From assembly GCF_009914755.1 (NCBI RefSeq), contig NC_060928.1: a stretch of DNA of 64,000 bases; one strand, 5' to 3'. The position numbers and the translations under genes are program-made. The DNA comes from the human T2T-CHM13v2.0 reference genome, Homo sapiens. Under the pieces are notes generated by a model. It ran no database searches. It was not told the origin of the DNA and saw only the letters and a list, made by a program, of their open reading frames with translations. This document shows, one piece after another, positions 1-60,114 of this stretch; position 1 is the first letter of the stretch, and every line of letters starts with the position of its first letter.

Positions 1-582
1 GGGAACTGGCCGCGCAGCCGGAGCTTGGCTCGGGGGCCCTGGGCGCTCACTGCCGGCCACGGGAGCAGCCTCACTCCTTGCCCGCGCCCAGTCAGGGGAG
101 GTGGGAACGCCGCGAGTCGTGGCGGGGGCGATCGGTGCCTTTGCTTCCCAGGCGGGTTTGCCGCTCCACACCGCAGCTTCCTGAGCTCGGGAAGGGGAGG
201 TGCGGCGGAGGCGTGGGGTCTTCCCGGCTCTGGCCGGCCCCACCAGTGTGGGAGGCTGAGCGCCAGCGGAAGGGAAGGCTCCGGGTTCGCGTCCCCGCGC
301 TGCCCCCGATGCCCAGCCTCTCCCGGAGCGGTGACAGGTGAGGAGGGTGGGAAGATAGCGTGGGGGTGGGGCGGATGGTGACGGGGAGAATCCACCAGGG
401 ATTGGGGGGTTGCGCCCCCACGATCCGACTCCTTTAGTGCATAGTACCCCTAAGGGAGAGGAGTCAGGGGCGGGGTGAAAGGTTAAGCCAGCGCCATGGG
501 AGCAGAGGCAGCAGCCTCGCCCCCAAGCCGCTTCTCAGGTACAGCGGGTCCCTGACGCTCAAGTCTCTCCCTGTCCCCGCAG

Positions 583-47205
<46,623 letters not shown>

Positions 47206-47473
47206 ATCTTGGATTATGGGGTGAAGAGGAGTACAGACTAGGTTCCAGTTTTCTCCTAACACGTGCCAAGCCCAGGAGCAGTTCTTCCCTATGGATACAG
47301 ATTTTCTTTTGTCCTTGTCCATTACCCCAAGACTTTCTTCTAGATATATCTCTCACTATCCGTTATTCAACCTTAGCTCTGCTTTCTATTACTTTTTAGG
47401 CTTTAGTATATTATCTAAAGTTTGGCTTTTGATGTGGATGATGTGAGCTTCATGTGTCTTAAAATCTACTACA

Positions 47474-47544
47474 AGCATTACCTAACATGGTGATCTGCAA
47501 GTAGTAGGCACCCAATAAATATTTGTTGAATTTAGTTAAATGAA
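47474..47544 (+). mobile_element. L2 3' terminus inside the 3'UTR
   Basis: agtagtaggcacccaataaatatttgttgaatttagttaaatgaa resembles the L2 end tagtaggtgctcaataaatatttgttgaatgaa. Confidence 0.7.
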
Positions 47545-48365
47545 ACTGAACAGTGTTTGGCCATGTGTATATTTATATCATGTTTACCAAATCTGTTTAG
47601 TGTTCCACATATATGTATATGTATATTTTAATGACTATAATGTAATAAAGTTTATATCATGTTGGTGTATATCATTATAGAAATCATTTTCTAAAGGAGT
47701 GAATTCTAAGTTTTAGGGGAAAAAATGCAATTTATTTTCAGACTCCCAAAGTAAGAATTAACATATCATGCTAAGAAAATAGTGACTATTTTGAAGTATG
47801 CTACTTCCCTTTCAGAAATATAGAATACACGTTTCTGTTATTAAAGTATTTGATTACTAATTCAAATCATATGGCAATTATAATTCTTCTAAAATGCTAT
47901 CATTTGTAACTGTATCCCCTGTATTAAATCTCATTAACCACAGGCAGCTGTTACAGAAAGCTGCATTGTTTCACATTGAGCTGTTACATTAGTTCAGGCT
48001 AAATGTTGGGAGCTCCAACCACATCCAAGAATAAATCTGGAAACACACTGCTGGGATACTGCTGTTAGAGCCCTTCTTGGCCTTGTATTCCCAGAAATGA
48101 GCTCCCTTTCCTTAGCTTAGAAGAATGTGATTATATCCAGGACATCATGTTCAGAAAACTTAGTTTACTTTCAGCATAGAATGCATTACTGTTGGAATAA
48201 TTGGCCTCTAGCTCTTAAATGTCTCTGATAACTTATTAATATCTATCTTTATAAAATAGAGTGCAACTACTTTTGTGTAAAAATGTTTGCCTTTAAATTT
48301 AGTATTTCATATCAGCACATCGATATATGTATAAATGTTCCATGTTAATGTGTAAAAGAGTCTGT

Positions 48366-48414
48366 AATAAATTATTTTTTTCACGTGTCTCTATACAGTT
48401 TTTATTTCAATAAA
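48366..48414 (+). terminator. Distal poly(A) signal pair (AATAAA 48366-48371 and 48409-48414)
   Basis: Canonical hexamers with upstream TGTA motifs and downstream T-rich tract. Confidence 0.7.
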
Positions 48415-48939
48415 AATATTAACATTATTTTTCATTTTATTAATGCCATTATTTTGTAAATACATTTTACAATTTTGCCTATTTGCTACCATTATAAATT
48501 TTCACTGACTCCTCATAGACAGCATATTCTTAAATGCTATATTTCTTTTTAATACCAACAGAGTGACAGGAAATAAAGACTGGGCATGGAAAGGGGAAAC
48601 AGTTAAATATTGAATGTCATCAGCTTATTTAAAGAGCTCTGAATCATTTAGGGATGATAGACATGTATACAAGTAATGAAAATATGCGATATTCATAATG
48701 AAGAAATATATTCAAATGCAGAAATAATACTTAGAGAAAGAGTAACTTGAAAGAAAAGAGGTGAAGTGGGGATAGTTGTTATGCTTATTTTGGGGGGAGA
48801 GTTAGGAATACTCAGAAACTACATTGACACTGTCATCTTCCCAGAATCCTGCATATATTTATTTAGCATCTACTTTGGGTAGGTACTGCTCAAGATATTT
48901 GAGAAATGTCATTGAACAAAACATCTCTGCCTTTGAATA

Positions 48940-49540
48940 CCTCATATTCCAATTTTTACATCTTGCATGTTTTTAAATCTCTACTTTATTCCGCCAACAC
49001 TCTTCGAAGTCCAGGCACTCATCATGTGTAACTTGAACAATTGCAAGATCTTCCCTATAAATCTGTCTATTTCCTACCTTTGCCACCTCCATTCCACACT
49101 CTCAAATTGCTGCCAGAGTGGTCTTTTACAAATCCAAATTGCTCTCCTGCGTACAATCACTTAAATGCTACTCATTGTCTGTACACCTTAGCAAAGCATG
49201 TAAACATTGTCACCTTAACCAGCCTTATCTGCTAGTTGCTACCTTTGTAATTCTATGCTCTGCTCTGTCTGAATACCCTCTACCCATACTCTGCTGCAAA
49301 TTCATTTCTTGCTAAGACTCAGCTCAATATCCTCTTGTTGGAAATTTCCCTGTTAGGAAAGTTTAGCTTCCCCTATTGTCCCAGGATCTTTACAATGGTT
49401 CACATATTATCTGTTTATATATAGGATTCCTTATTAGGCTTTAAGTTTCTTATGGCTAAATTAGTTCCTCTTACACCAGATATTCCTTGAACCTTCCACA
49501 AAATAGGCACTTGACAAATATTTGTTGAACAAAGGAATGG
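48940..49540 (+). mobile_element. L2 fragment
   Basis: tgctgccagagtggtctttt; ends aaataggcacttgacaaatatttgttgaac. Confidence 0.6.
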
Positions 49541-51309
49541 AGGGAGCAGCCTCTTCGAGCAGTGGGGCTAGAAGCCAGATTTAAAGGGAAGGAGGAATAA
49601 GAAATGAGATAGATTGGAGAAAAGAGGAGGCACAAAAATGGCACTGTTAAACTTGTGCTTAGAGAAAATCATGCTGACATTGGTGCAGGGGCTAATTTAG
49701 AGGGAAAGAGCCTGGTTTAAGGTTGGCATTAGGGGGCTACTGTACTTCATGCATAGGCCTGCTTTAAGGTGATGGCAGGACAGGAGGCTAATTGAAGAGC
49801 AGTCAAGATTCACATTAAAAGTGCATAATAACGCACAGGCCAAAGGGGATGAGAAGGTTAGGGCCAAGTAGAAAGCTTCTGGCTTGCTTAGTGGGTAGTT
49901 GATGGTTCCATTACACGTGGTGGAGGATGTAGAAAGGTAACTGAGCTTAGAGGAAAGGTGCCTAATATTAGGCATGGCTTTGAAGTTCTGGTGAATACAT
50001 TTTTAAAAAACAATGATTTTCAGGTAGCATTAATGCGAGGAGAGAATAGAACTTTTTTTTCCAAGTTGGGCCAAACTGCTTTGAATTTCCAAACAACCTG
50101 TTACTAGCTCCATGATATTGGTAAAGTCATTTAACCTTTGTGTAACCTGGTTAGGTCATTGTAAAGACAGAGATTATAATAACCACTCACTAGAGTTGTT
50201 GGCAGATCAAACTGAAATACGAAGAAGTCAGAGGAGTTGGAACTTTGGCTTGCCATTTCAGAAAGACTAAAAGGTAATCTAAGAAATGAAAACTTACAAA
50301 TCTTTGGTAACAGATATTGTTATAGTTGAATCATGGACAGCACATGTCATGAAAAAACAGGAGGGTCAACAAGAAAAATCAATAAATACATTTATCTTTG
50401 CCAATTATTGAAACAAACCCAGTGGAAACCACCAAAAAATTAGAACCAAATGTTGTGAAACGATAACAGTTTATCAGTTTGAACTGAATTGTTTTAAACT
50501 TTAACAATTAAATACCATTTTAAAGGTATGTATTTTTAATTATATAAGTTATATATTTATTATATTATAGATTACATATATTATATGTATCTTAGCACTA
50601 ATTCACTATTTCATTCAGTTTAAATCTGTATTTGATTCACCAAATGATATGTTCTATTTCCTTTGTCATTGAAAGGAAAAATAATTTGCTTACCTCCCTC
50701 ATAGGTTTCTTTCTTTCTTTTTTTTTTTGTACCACCCTCACTAATGGTTTATAGAACCTCTAGAGGGCAGCAGAGAATGCTGTTTGTAATTGAAATCTGA
50801 AAAAGAACTGAAAGGAGACATTCTCTCACAGGACAGAGTTCATCTTGTCTCCTAGCTGTCACTTCCTGTGTGCAACCTTGAATTCACTCCTTCCACTCTT
50901 TCTCAAGTTCAAAGGAATATAATAAAAATAATTATTTCTACTCATTAAGACCATTTGTATAGCATGAAATCTATCCACACGTATCTTGCTCTGAAATGTC
51001 ACCAAAATATTTCCTGCTAATTCTGCAGGAAGGTAAAAACATTTGCTAAAACAAGCAATTTGTAATAGGAACAATAGTTTTGTACAATATTTTTATGAGT
51101 AAACTAACTTGCTTGTAGCTCATGTTAAAAGTTATTAAATAGAAATAGGATACTATTTACTTATAAGGATAAAATTGGAAAAAAATTTATTTTACATTAA
51201 TAGAAAATGCTTTTGTGATTCTTCCTTGCTACTTATACCGTATCAAAGAGAAGAAATATAGTGTGAGTTAACAAAACAAAATTTAACAAAAAACAAAGCA
51301 CCGTACAGA

Positions 51310-51430
51310 GAATCAAGAACCTGAGTCCAATTCTGGTGAGGAAATCTTGTGGCCTTTACAAGTCACTTAACTTTACAACTCAGTTACCTCATCTGAAAAA
51401 AAGGAGCTGGTTAAGGTGATATCCAAACTA
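51310..51430 (+). mobile_element. MIR
   Basis: caagtcacttaactttacaactcagttacctcatctgaaaaa. Confidence 0.65.
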
Positions 51431-51483
51431 AATTATTGCTCCAAAATTCCATCATTTCGTTGGTAACAATTCCAGGGTTTTTG

Positions 51484-52250
51484 TATCAGAAGCATTCTAA
51501 CCAAAGTGACTCCATCTTTACAGAGGCTGGGTAAAATGAGGCTGAGACCTGCTGGGCTGCGTTCCCAGGACGTTGGGCATTCTTAGTCACAGAATGTCTA
51601 CAGTTAAGGGAATAGGTTAATAATGTTTACCAAACAGACCCAGGACTTAACAGACCCAGGAAATGTCCAGGTGTCCCAATATCTTAGGAATAAATGTATT
51701 CTTAATTTAAGAATACGTTTTGCTTTAAAGATAATAATACAGATTATTGTAGAACAGTAGTTAAGCAAATACTCAGCTGATAAAACACCATGCAGTAAAG
51801 AAGCAGGCCGAAACCCACCAAAACCAAGATGGCAGTGAAAGCCACCTCTGGTCATCTTCACTGCTCATTATATCCCAATTATAATAAATTAGCAGTTTAA
51901 AAGATGCTCCTACTAGCGCCATGGCAGTTTACAGATGCCATGGCAACATCAGAAGTTACTCTATCTGGTCTGAAAGGGGGAGTAACTCTCAGTCCTGGGA
52001 ATTCTCCACTCCTTTCCTGGAAAACTCATGAATATTCCACCCCTCGTTTAGCATTTAATCAAGAAATAATCATAAGTTTACTCAGTCCAGCAGCCATGCC
52101 ACTGCTCTATGGGGTAGCCATTCTTTTACTCCTTTACTTTCCTAATAAAGTTGTTTTCACTGTACTCTGTGGATTCACCTCAGATTCTTTCTTGGATGAG
52201 ATCCAAGAACTCTCTCTTGTGGTCTGGATCAGTACCCTTTTCCAGTAACT
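51484..52250 (+). mobile_element. MER41-family ERV1 solo LTR
   Basis: gactccatct...ggctgggtaaaatgaggctgagacctgctgggctgc...aaacccaccaaaaccaagatggc...gagatccaagaac...ttccagtaac. Confidence 0.9.
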
Positions 52251-52638
52251 CTTGTGCTAGGATTTTGGCCTGAAACTTTTGGGAATACAATCTAAAGTTT
52301 TGACAATCTAGTAGTGTTGAATAGATCAACCGAAAGACTGAAAGCTAACTTCCAAGAAATAAACAAATCTGAGGTAAACACTTGGTGAGGACTTTTGACT
52401 CCAAGCTAAAATCAAAATGACTAAGGTCCTGATTAGTGTATATGAGTATTAATGTTATGTATGTCTACTAAAAATGTGCCCTATAATATTTAATTATGTT
52501 AGCTAAATTTAAGTGTTTAATAAACAGTCACATTCTTGATGACCTGAAAACAAGGAGAGAATGTATGTCTCTATTTCAATTATATGTACTCACACAATTG
52601 CTGTGGTACAGTCTATCCCAAATAGGGCTTAAATATAG

Positions 52639-52924
52639 GGGCCAGTCATGGTGGCTCACGCCTGTAAACCAGCACTTTGGGAGGCCAAGGCAGGTGAATC
52701 ACTTGAGGTCGGGAGTTTGAGACCAGCCTAGTCAACATGGTGAAAATGTCTCTACAGAAAATACAAAAATTAGCCGGATGTTGTGATGGGCACCTGTAAT
52801 CCCAGATACTCGGGAGGCTGAGGCAGCACAATCACTTGAGCCTGGGAGGCGGAGGTTGCAGTGGGCTGAGATCACTACTGCACTCCAGCCTGGGCGTCAG
52901 AGCAAGAATCTGTCTCAAAAAAAA
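52639..52924 (+). mobile_element. AluS-like
   Basis: ggtggctcacgcctgtaa...gaatctgtctcaaaaaaaa. Confidence 0.93.
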
Positions 52925-53755
52925 TTACAGGTAAAAAATATCAGTGAGTATTACATATAGGTTGGGGTTTTTAAAATGTTATTCTTATGAAATATATTTC
53001 CCAATTATGTAAAGTAGTGACCACAGTTGCCTACCAAACAGTTTTAGATCATTAGGGGGAAAGGAGTCACATAAAATTAAAGTATTAACTTAGAAAACAC
53101 TTTTAAACTGTTGTAAATACTGTCCCTTTTGTGGTTTTCTGCATCACATGAATAAATGTCAATATATTAATAATTTTTATATACCCATGAATATAATACC
53201 ATCATATTGTTCTGGACAACAACAGTACCTAAATCTGACACTGTGACTACATACAGTTTTAGATGTACTAGTACAAATAACGTAATCAAAGATATTTTGT
53301 TTATTTTTGTGTAAAAATCATTACAGTCTAAGGCAGGCATGGGTGAAATCAGCGACTGAGTCCTCTGCTCCCGGGCAACTGGGGCTCTGAAGAGGGGGGG
53401 TCAGGGGAGTCCCCTGAGAAGTTTGTGTCCTGGAATCCAAGACAAGGTGAGGGCAGGGCCTGAAGAAAATACAAGTCTCAGGAAATATGTAGATTTCAAA
53501 TTGATCTGACAAAAAACCCTAGTGGTCTGTCCAAAGAAGCCAGTAGCCAGAAGAAGCATTACAGGCAGGAAGCATTATGAAGTTAAGTGTGTCTGGTGTT
53601 GGAAGCCTTTTGCACAGTGCTAGTTTGTGTGTGCAGTGGTGATTTTGGCACCTGTTTAATAATTGTATATCCTCAATCGCAAGTATTGGACAGGATATTG
53701 AATAATGGGAGGTTGCAATTTCTTAATGTGTTAGTATAACTATTTTTTCCTCTAA

Positions 53756-54079
<324 letters not shown>

Positions 54080-54099
54080 GAACACTGCAAGGGTAATGT

Positions 54100-54942
54100 C
54101 TAACAGCATGGTTTAATAGTAATACAATGTGAGGCCCAAATATAAGTCACATATGACATGGATTTTTAAATTTAAAAATTTCTAGTAGCCACACTTCAAA
54201 AGGTAGAAACCAGTGAAATTGACTTTAATAATATGTTTTATTTAACTCAGTATAAGCAAAATATGATCATTTCAACATGTAATACATTTAAAATCATTAA
54301 TTAAATATTTAAAATCAGTGTGTATTTTAAAATCAGTGTGTATTTATACACTTTAAAATCAGTGCGTATTTATACACTTTAAAATCAGTGCGTATTTATA
54401 CACTAAAATCAGTGCGTATTTCTACACTTTAAAATCAGTGTGTATTTATACACTAAAATCAGTGCGTATTTATACATTTTAAAATCAGTGTGTATTTATA
54501 CACTTTAAAATCAGTGTGTATTTATACACTAAAATCAGTGTGTATTTTTACACTTTAAAATCAGTGTGTATTTATACACTAAAATCAGTGTGTATTTATA
54601 CACTTTAAAATCAGTGTGTATTTATACACTAAAATCAGTGTGTATTTATACACTTTAAAATCAGTGTGTATTTATACACTTTAAAATCAGTGCATATTTA
54701 TACACTAAAATCAGTGCGTATTTCTACACTTTAAAATCAGTGTGTATTTATACACTAAAATCAGTGCGTATTTATACATTTTAAAATCAGTGTGTATTTA
54801 TACACTTTAAAATCAGTGTGTATTTATACACTAAAATCAGTGTGTATTTTACATTTTGCAGCACATCTAATTTCAGACCAGCCACTTTTCAAGTGCTCAG
54901 TGGTCTCATGAAGCTAGTGGCTATCATATTGAACAGTGCAGG
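54100..54942. mobile_element. MER33/MER3-like hAT element hosting a minisatellite
   Basis: tttaaaatttctagtagccacac...cagcacatctaatttcagaccagccac...aagctagtggctatcatattgaacagtgcag. Confidence 0.75.
54311..54855. repeat. Minisatellite, 22 copies of AAAATCAGTGYGTATTTATACACT(TT), 24/26-bp units
   Basis: Units parsed directly from the sequence. Confidence 0.97.
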
Positions 54943-56079
54943 TCTACATATACAGGTTATTGATTGGATCTTTTATCCAAAACAATCATCTTAGATACTT
55001 GATTGTTTTGTTTCCTCCTTACCAGAAGATTGGATCAACCTTGTTATTTATAAAAACAAAACAAGTAGCTGAGTAGTTGAAGGGGTCATTAAATTAAGAA
55101 AAAAGAGTATAGGAAGGTTTATACTTTTTATTCTGATTTATAAGATGTAGTTTTGAATAGAGTGTTTCTTTTGAACTCTAACATTCTATATACTACAACA
55201 TAATATAAATGGTGATAAAAAGAGTAATAAAGGAAAATGAGTTCTATATGAGGTATTTCTCAAACAACATTTGCAGAAAAGAAAGTGTACTATTTTATAA
55301 GTTGCTAACATTAGCAACTTCATGATTTGAGATGATAAAGGATCTTACATGTTCACCTGACAATTCTTTTGCAGTCTTTTAATAAGAAGCAATTATAAAG
55401 CACTAAGAAGCACCTATTATCTTTTGACAAAGTTAAGGCTCTTTATAAAGATCTAGTTCATCAGTCAGTTACCACCCACATCATATTTCTTTTTTTCATT
55501 TGTATTCCTGTTAAAGGTTCTTTCCCTGTCAACCCAACTTACTCTTTTTGCACTTGACAGTAATATTACCAAAGTATTAACTGAAAGAGAATTATGCAAA
55601 AGTTGACTACCAAAAGATTTGTACCCTTGAATACACAGGAACAATTTTCACTTGATTTGTGCTCAGTAAAGTGTATCAGAAAGTTCAGAACCCTTCAGAC
55701 CTCAGGAGGAGCAAATGTTCCTGTCACACTGACCATATGTCTTTTTGTGAATTTACCAAAAGTTCTTCCTGATTCATGAATGTTTGAAATTCAAAACTCA
55801 TTGTATACAGCTTGTTGGATTTCTTGACATGTAAAGCACTTTTAAAAAGAGTTCTTTTAAAGATAGTGTTAATACTATAATAAAAGTTATAAAATTTGCT
55901 TTTAAAATATATATTTCTTTAAATATTGTGCTGTATTATAACTGACCATCAAACAACAGACATGAGAGTTGAGATAAGTGGTGACCAGATCCCTGCTGCC
56001 CTCAGGCTCACAACTACCAGCATGGAAATCAGGGAGCAATCCTGCAGTCACTGCAAGTTCAATGGTGATTTGAACGTTT

Positions 56080-56255
56080 TACATGTTTAATCCTTGCAGC
56101 AATTTATTAAGTATATACTCTTATTATCGACTCCATTTTACTCATGAGGAAACTGGAGCACATAAAGTTTGGGGAACTGCCCAAATGTTAAACAGAGAGT
56201 GAGTGGGTAAAGCCAGTATCCATACCCAGACAAATGGATTCCAGAGCCCAAGCTT
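56080..56255 (-). mobile_element. MIR
   Basis: ctccattttactcatgaggaaactggagcacataaagtttggggaactgcccaa. Confidence 0.7.
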
Positions 56256-57436
56256 CCAACTAGGATGCTCGGATGCATCTCATAGCAAAATAAGCAAGCG
56301 GCTGGCAAGTGGCGTACATCTGGTGGGCGTTTTAACACCAGATGAGTGTGTGTCAGGTAACAAAGTTCTAGTCAGGCAAGCAGGCAAGGAGTGTGAAGAA
56401 GATATGGCAGGTGGTATTGGCCCTAAACTTTACGACTAACTCTGAACAACAGGATGTGGAAGGCTGGGGCACAAGAAGTGGGGGCTGAGGCAGGGAAGGC
56501 AAACATGTTCCCCTAAAGATGGATCACAAGACAGCGATTATAAAGGCTAGACCGGGAGAACCTATATGTTGTGCAGGAGGAAAAACAGCCTGATGCTAAT
56601 TCGCCCCTCTGTGTATAAAAGGCTTACGTTCTTCTGCCTGATACCCAGATTGGTTCTAGAGTTTTCAGATTTGGGGACTGATGAACTCCAACAGCAAACC
56701 CTGATGAGCTGTACAAGTAGGGAAAGCATGTCCTTGACTGTATCCTCCCATTAAGGCATCTGCTAAGAGAGCAGTCTTGCTGGATGTGGAAGGAATCCTC
56801 CATAAAGGTAGTCAGCCTTAGTCTTCCTCACTCTGCCACCATGACTAGCATTTCAATCTTATTTGTATGGGCTTCTGACAAAGGAAATTTGGGGCAGGGA
56901 GGGGGCTCTTTCTAAGGCTTATAACAGGTTCTTCCAGAAATATAGAAGAAATTTTTCAGCTTTCCCAATCTCAGTTAGGTCTGTGCTTCCATAGCATCTG
57001 AGTAAAAGACCATTGCTATTCTTCTATCCGTTACAATTTTAATGATTTACTGTCTTCTGGTCAAATAGACTGTGGGAGAAATTAGGTCAGACACTGCACA
57101 TCCACTCATTGGCTCCAGTAGCCAGTTCCAGAGCCTTGTCACAGAGTAGGGGTTCAGAATTGTCAGGTATCCTTCCTCCAAATACTGGAGAAGAGTTGGT
57201 GAAGAAGAATGTCGTTTGTACAACTTGTAAAGTATCTGTGTTTTCCACTTGATGGTCTGTTTTGTGCATTGGCTGTAGATTTATTTACTGGAACGGCCTT
57301 CTCATCATATACATGTGCACATCCATGACTGATGCCATGCTGTAGTTTTTAACAAAGCATTGTTGAACATTTGAAGGATAATATCAGAAGGGAATAGCTG
57401 CGCAGAATATAAAACACTCAAGATTAAAAATTCTTC

Positions 57437-57737
<301 letters not shown>

Positions 57738-59234
57738 CTATATTCAATCACATGGCGTCCCAGTGCCAGCCAAAGGACACCTCAGCGAGGAATCTTTCTG
57801 TCTTCACTCTTCACCAAGTCCCAGTGCCTCTAAATCTCTCTTGGCCTACCTAAAGTTATCGTCCGTTTTCTTGCATTATTGATGTCTAGAACTTATCACA
57901 ATTTATTATGAAGTTAAGGGAATAATTTTTAAATTGTTAGCAATTATCCTTACCACCAGATAATAAAACATTGTTGATATATATGAAGACATCCCAGCAT
58001 TCAGGCATAATGTATGCACTTTCTTCTAAATGGTGCCGTAAAAGAGAACGTCATTTGCAGATATTTGCCATAAGCAACAACCACTCTAAGTGAAGAGAAA
58101 AAGTACCTTGCCCCCTCTGGTTTTCACTTAGTAATTTAGGAATTACACGTTATTTATATGGGATTGTATATGTTTATCCACATTTTAATGACTAGATTTA
58201 AATTGATTTTAAATTACTATCAATATATTATGATAATCATTAAAACATCATTACATCATTAAACAATCATTTAGAAAGTTTTGCTCCTTTTAAAACTAAT
58301 GCATGAATTAAGCTGAATAACAACAAAAAAGTATCAATATTTTACCATCACTAACACCATTGAATAATACTGTTTTCATGACCACAAAGTACCGTTTTGC
58401 CAAGCATAAGTTATTTAGGCTGCCAAATTATACTGAAAACAAATATCAAATGTCACCAAAATATAAAATCTTCATCCATTTTTCTATATCAGATTGCAAG
58501 AGAAGAAAGAACCTGATTTGCTCAGTGATTCATATGAATCTGATTTGAATTAATAATGTAAAATTATTAATGACAGTATTGGATTATATCCCATATAATT
58601 AAGAAAACTTCCTGAATTCATATTTATGTAAGTAAATGACTTAAATAATAAATAAATGAGGGATAAAGGTCAATTCTTCCTTACAGAATGATTTCAATAA
58701 AAATAATTATGAACAGATCAGTACTTGGGGCAAGGGAAGGAGAGAATTTGGAGAGTTGGAGTAATGGATCTAACGTGGAGTGAAATTAATCAACAGGTTA
58801 AACTATTCTATATCTTTGTGAAATTCCCTTTACCATAAAAAGTGGTTCGTGTATTTAAAAATGGTTCTCTGTTACACCATCCTTAGTATAATAGAAAAGG
58901 TTTTTTTTCTCAATGTATTCTCAGGGAATAACCCCATGCTTTTGGTTACAGTATTTTCCCCAGTTTATTTTTTTTTTTGTAAAAGATTACACAATATCAA
59001 GTCCTTTTTTCGCTCAATATCATAGTTAAGCATTTTTCCACATAGAGTGAGTATTTAATGTTCACATAAAATTTCATCCCGTAGCTGGACCATGATTTTC
59101 TCAACCATTTTAGCATAGCCAGACATTGACACTCAGAAGCTGAGGATGGATTGAGTAGTGAGGTACAGCCCAGTTTTCTTGTGCATTTCAGTTGCCTACA
59201 TGGTACAGCCCTAATACACTGAAGCAAGACCTAC

Positions 59235-59780
59235 TTGTTCATTCAGCACATATTAATTGAGCTCCCACAACATGCCAGACTCTCGTCTAAGAGCATAGGT
59301 TAGATTGATGGAAAATAAACAGAGCTCCTTGCCCTCAGAGGGCTTACCTTCTAGCAGAGGGGGACAGAAAATACACCATAAATATATTAGGTTGGGTCAA
59401 AAGTAATTGTGTTTTTGCCATTAAAAATAATTTGCACCAACCTAATAATATAACCATAAATTAAATGATAGAGGACGATGTATTCTATGGGGAAAAAATT
59501 AAGCACAGAGGAAAGGAGATCAGGAGTGCAAGGATGGGGTGGGGCTACTTGCAATTTGGAAATTGAGAGTTGGGGCTGGCCTCAATGAAGGGCAAAGATG
59601 ATGAGTGAGCAAACACTGGAATGCTGTGTGGTAGGTATTGCAACTATTTGAAAGAAAAGCAGCTCAGGGAGAGACTGCCAGTATTTGGGCTCATGACAGG
59701 TTCAAGTTACTTATGTTCCAGAAACCAAAAGGAGAGTGTACCAGGAGCAATCAAGCCTTTTAGTACCTATGAGTTTAATT
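59235..59780 (-). mobile_element. L2 fragment
   Basis: ttgttcattcagcacatattaattgagctcccacaacatgccag...ccttgccctcagagggcttaccttctag. Confidence 0.7.
59387..59445. mobile_element. MADE1 (Hsmar1 mariner MITE), internally deleted
   Basis: ta|ttaggttgggtcaaaagtaattg...tttgcaccaacctaa|ta. Confidence 0.88.
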
Positions 59781-60114
59781 ATAAGAAAGAAAATGTATGT
59801 CCCAGGGAAGTTGAGACAGTTCATAATTATCCGTCAATCCAATGTAATAAGGAGATATTTGAAATATCCTGCATGCATTGTTATTCTCACTCATGAAACC
59901 TTTTTATGCCTTTGGCAGTTGTCTGCTCCCTGCTTCCTGGTAATGGTTTTTGATGACTATGTATTATTTCATCATATAGCTTATCCACAAGTTTTTCACA
60001 ACTCTTCTTTTGTTGGATATTTGGATTAATTCCAATTTTCAATTATTATAAGCAATGCTACAGTGATATCCTTGCTTATATAAATTATTTTTAAAGAATA
60101 TAAAAATAATAACC

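Larger units (their letters stand above)
47206..48435 (+). other. GUCY1B1: GUCY1B1 3'UTR (AU-rich; end approximate)
   Basis: Follows the stop codon; AATAAA at 47514, 47644, 48030, 48366 and 48409; T-rich sequence after the last one. Confidence 0.75.

Noticed and set aside
54311-54855. Regular short palindromic repeats superficially like a CRISPR array
   Set aside because: Units are head-to-tail with no unique spacers, inside a primate transposon; it is a minisatellite.
56670-56790. Two CTGATGA motifs followed by GAAA and GTC, resembling a hammerhead ribozyme core
   Set aside because: Stem II does not close with a purine-pyrimidine pair before GAAA, GAAAG cannot pair with a GUC site, and stem I does not abut the core. 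An Infernal search with Rfam hammerhead models would settle it.
57087-57269. 60-aa minus-strand ORF with protein-like composition
   Set aside because: Short, not recognised as any family, and without convincing splice signals; cannot be supported without a homology search.
59387-59445. MADE1 as a SETMAR binding site or miR-548-type hairpin
   Set aside because: The left TIR is mutated (gggtc for ggtgc) and the right arm is partly deleted, so the long hairpin and binding core are broken.
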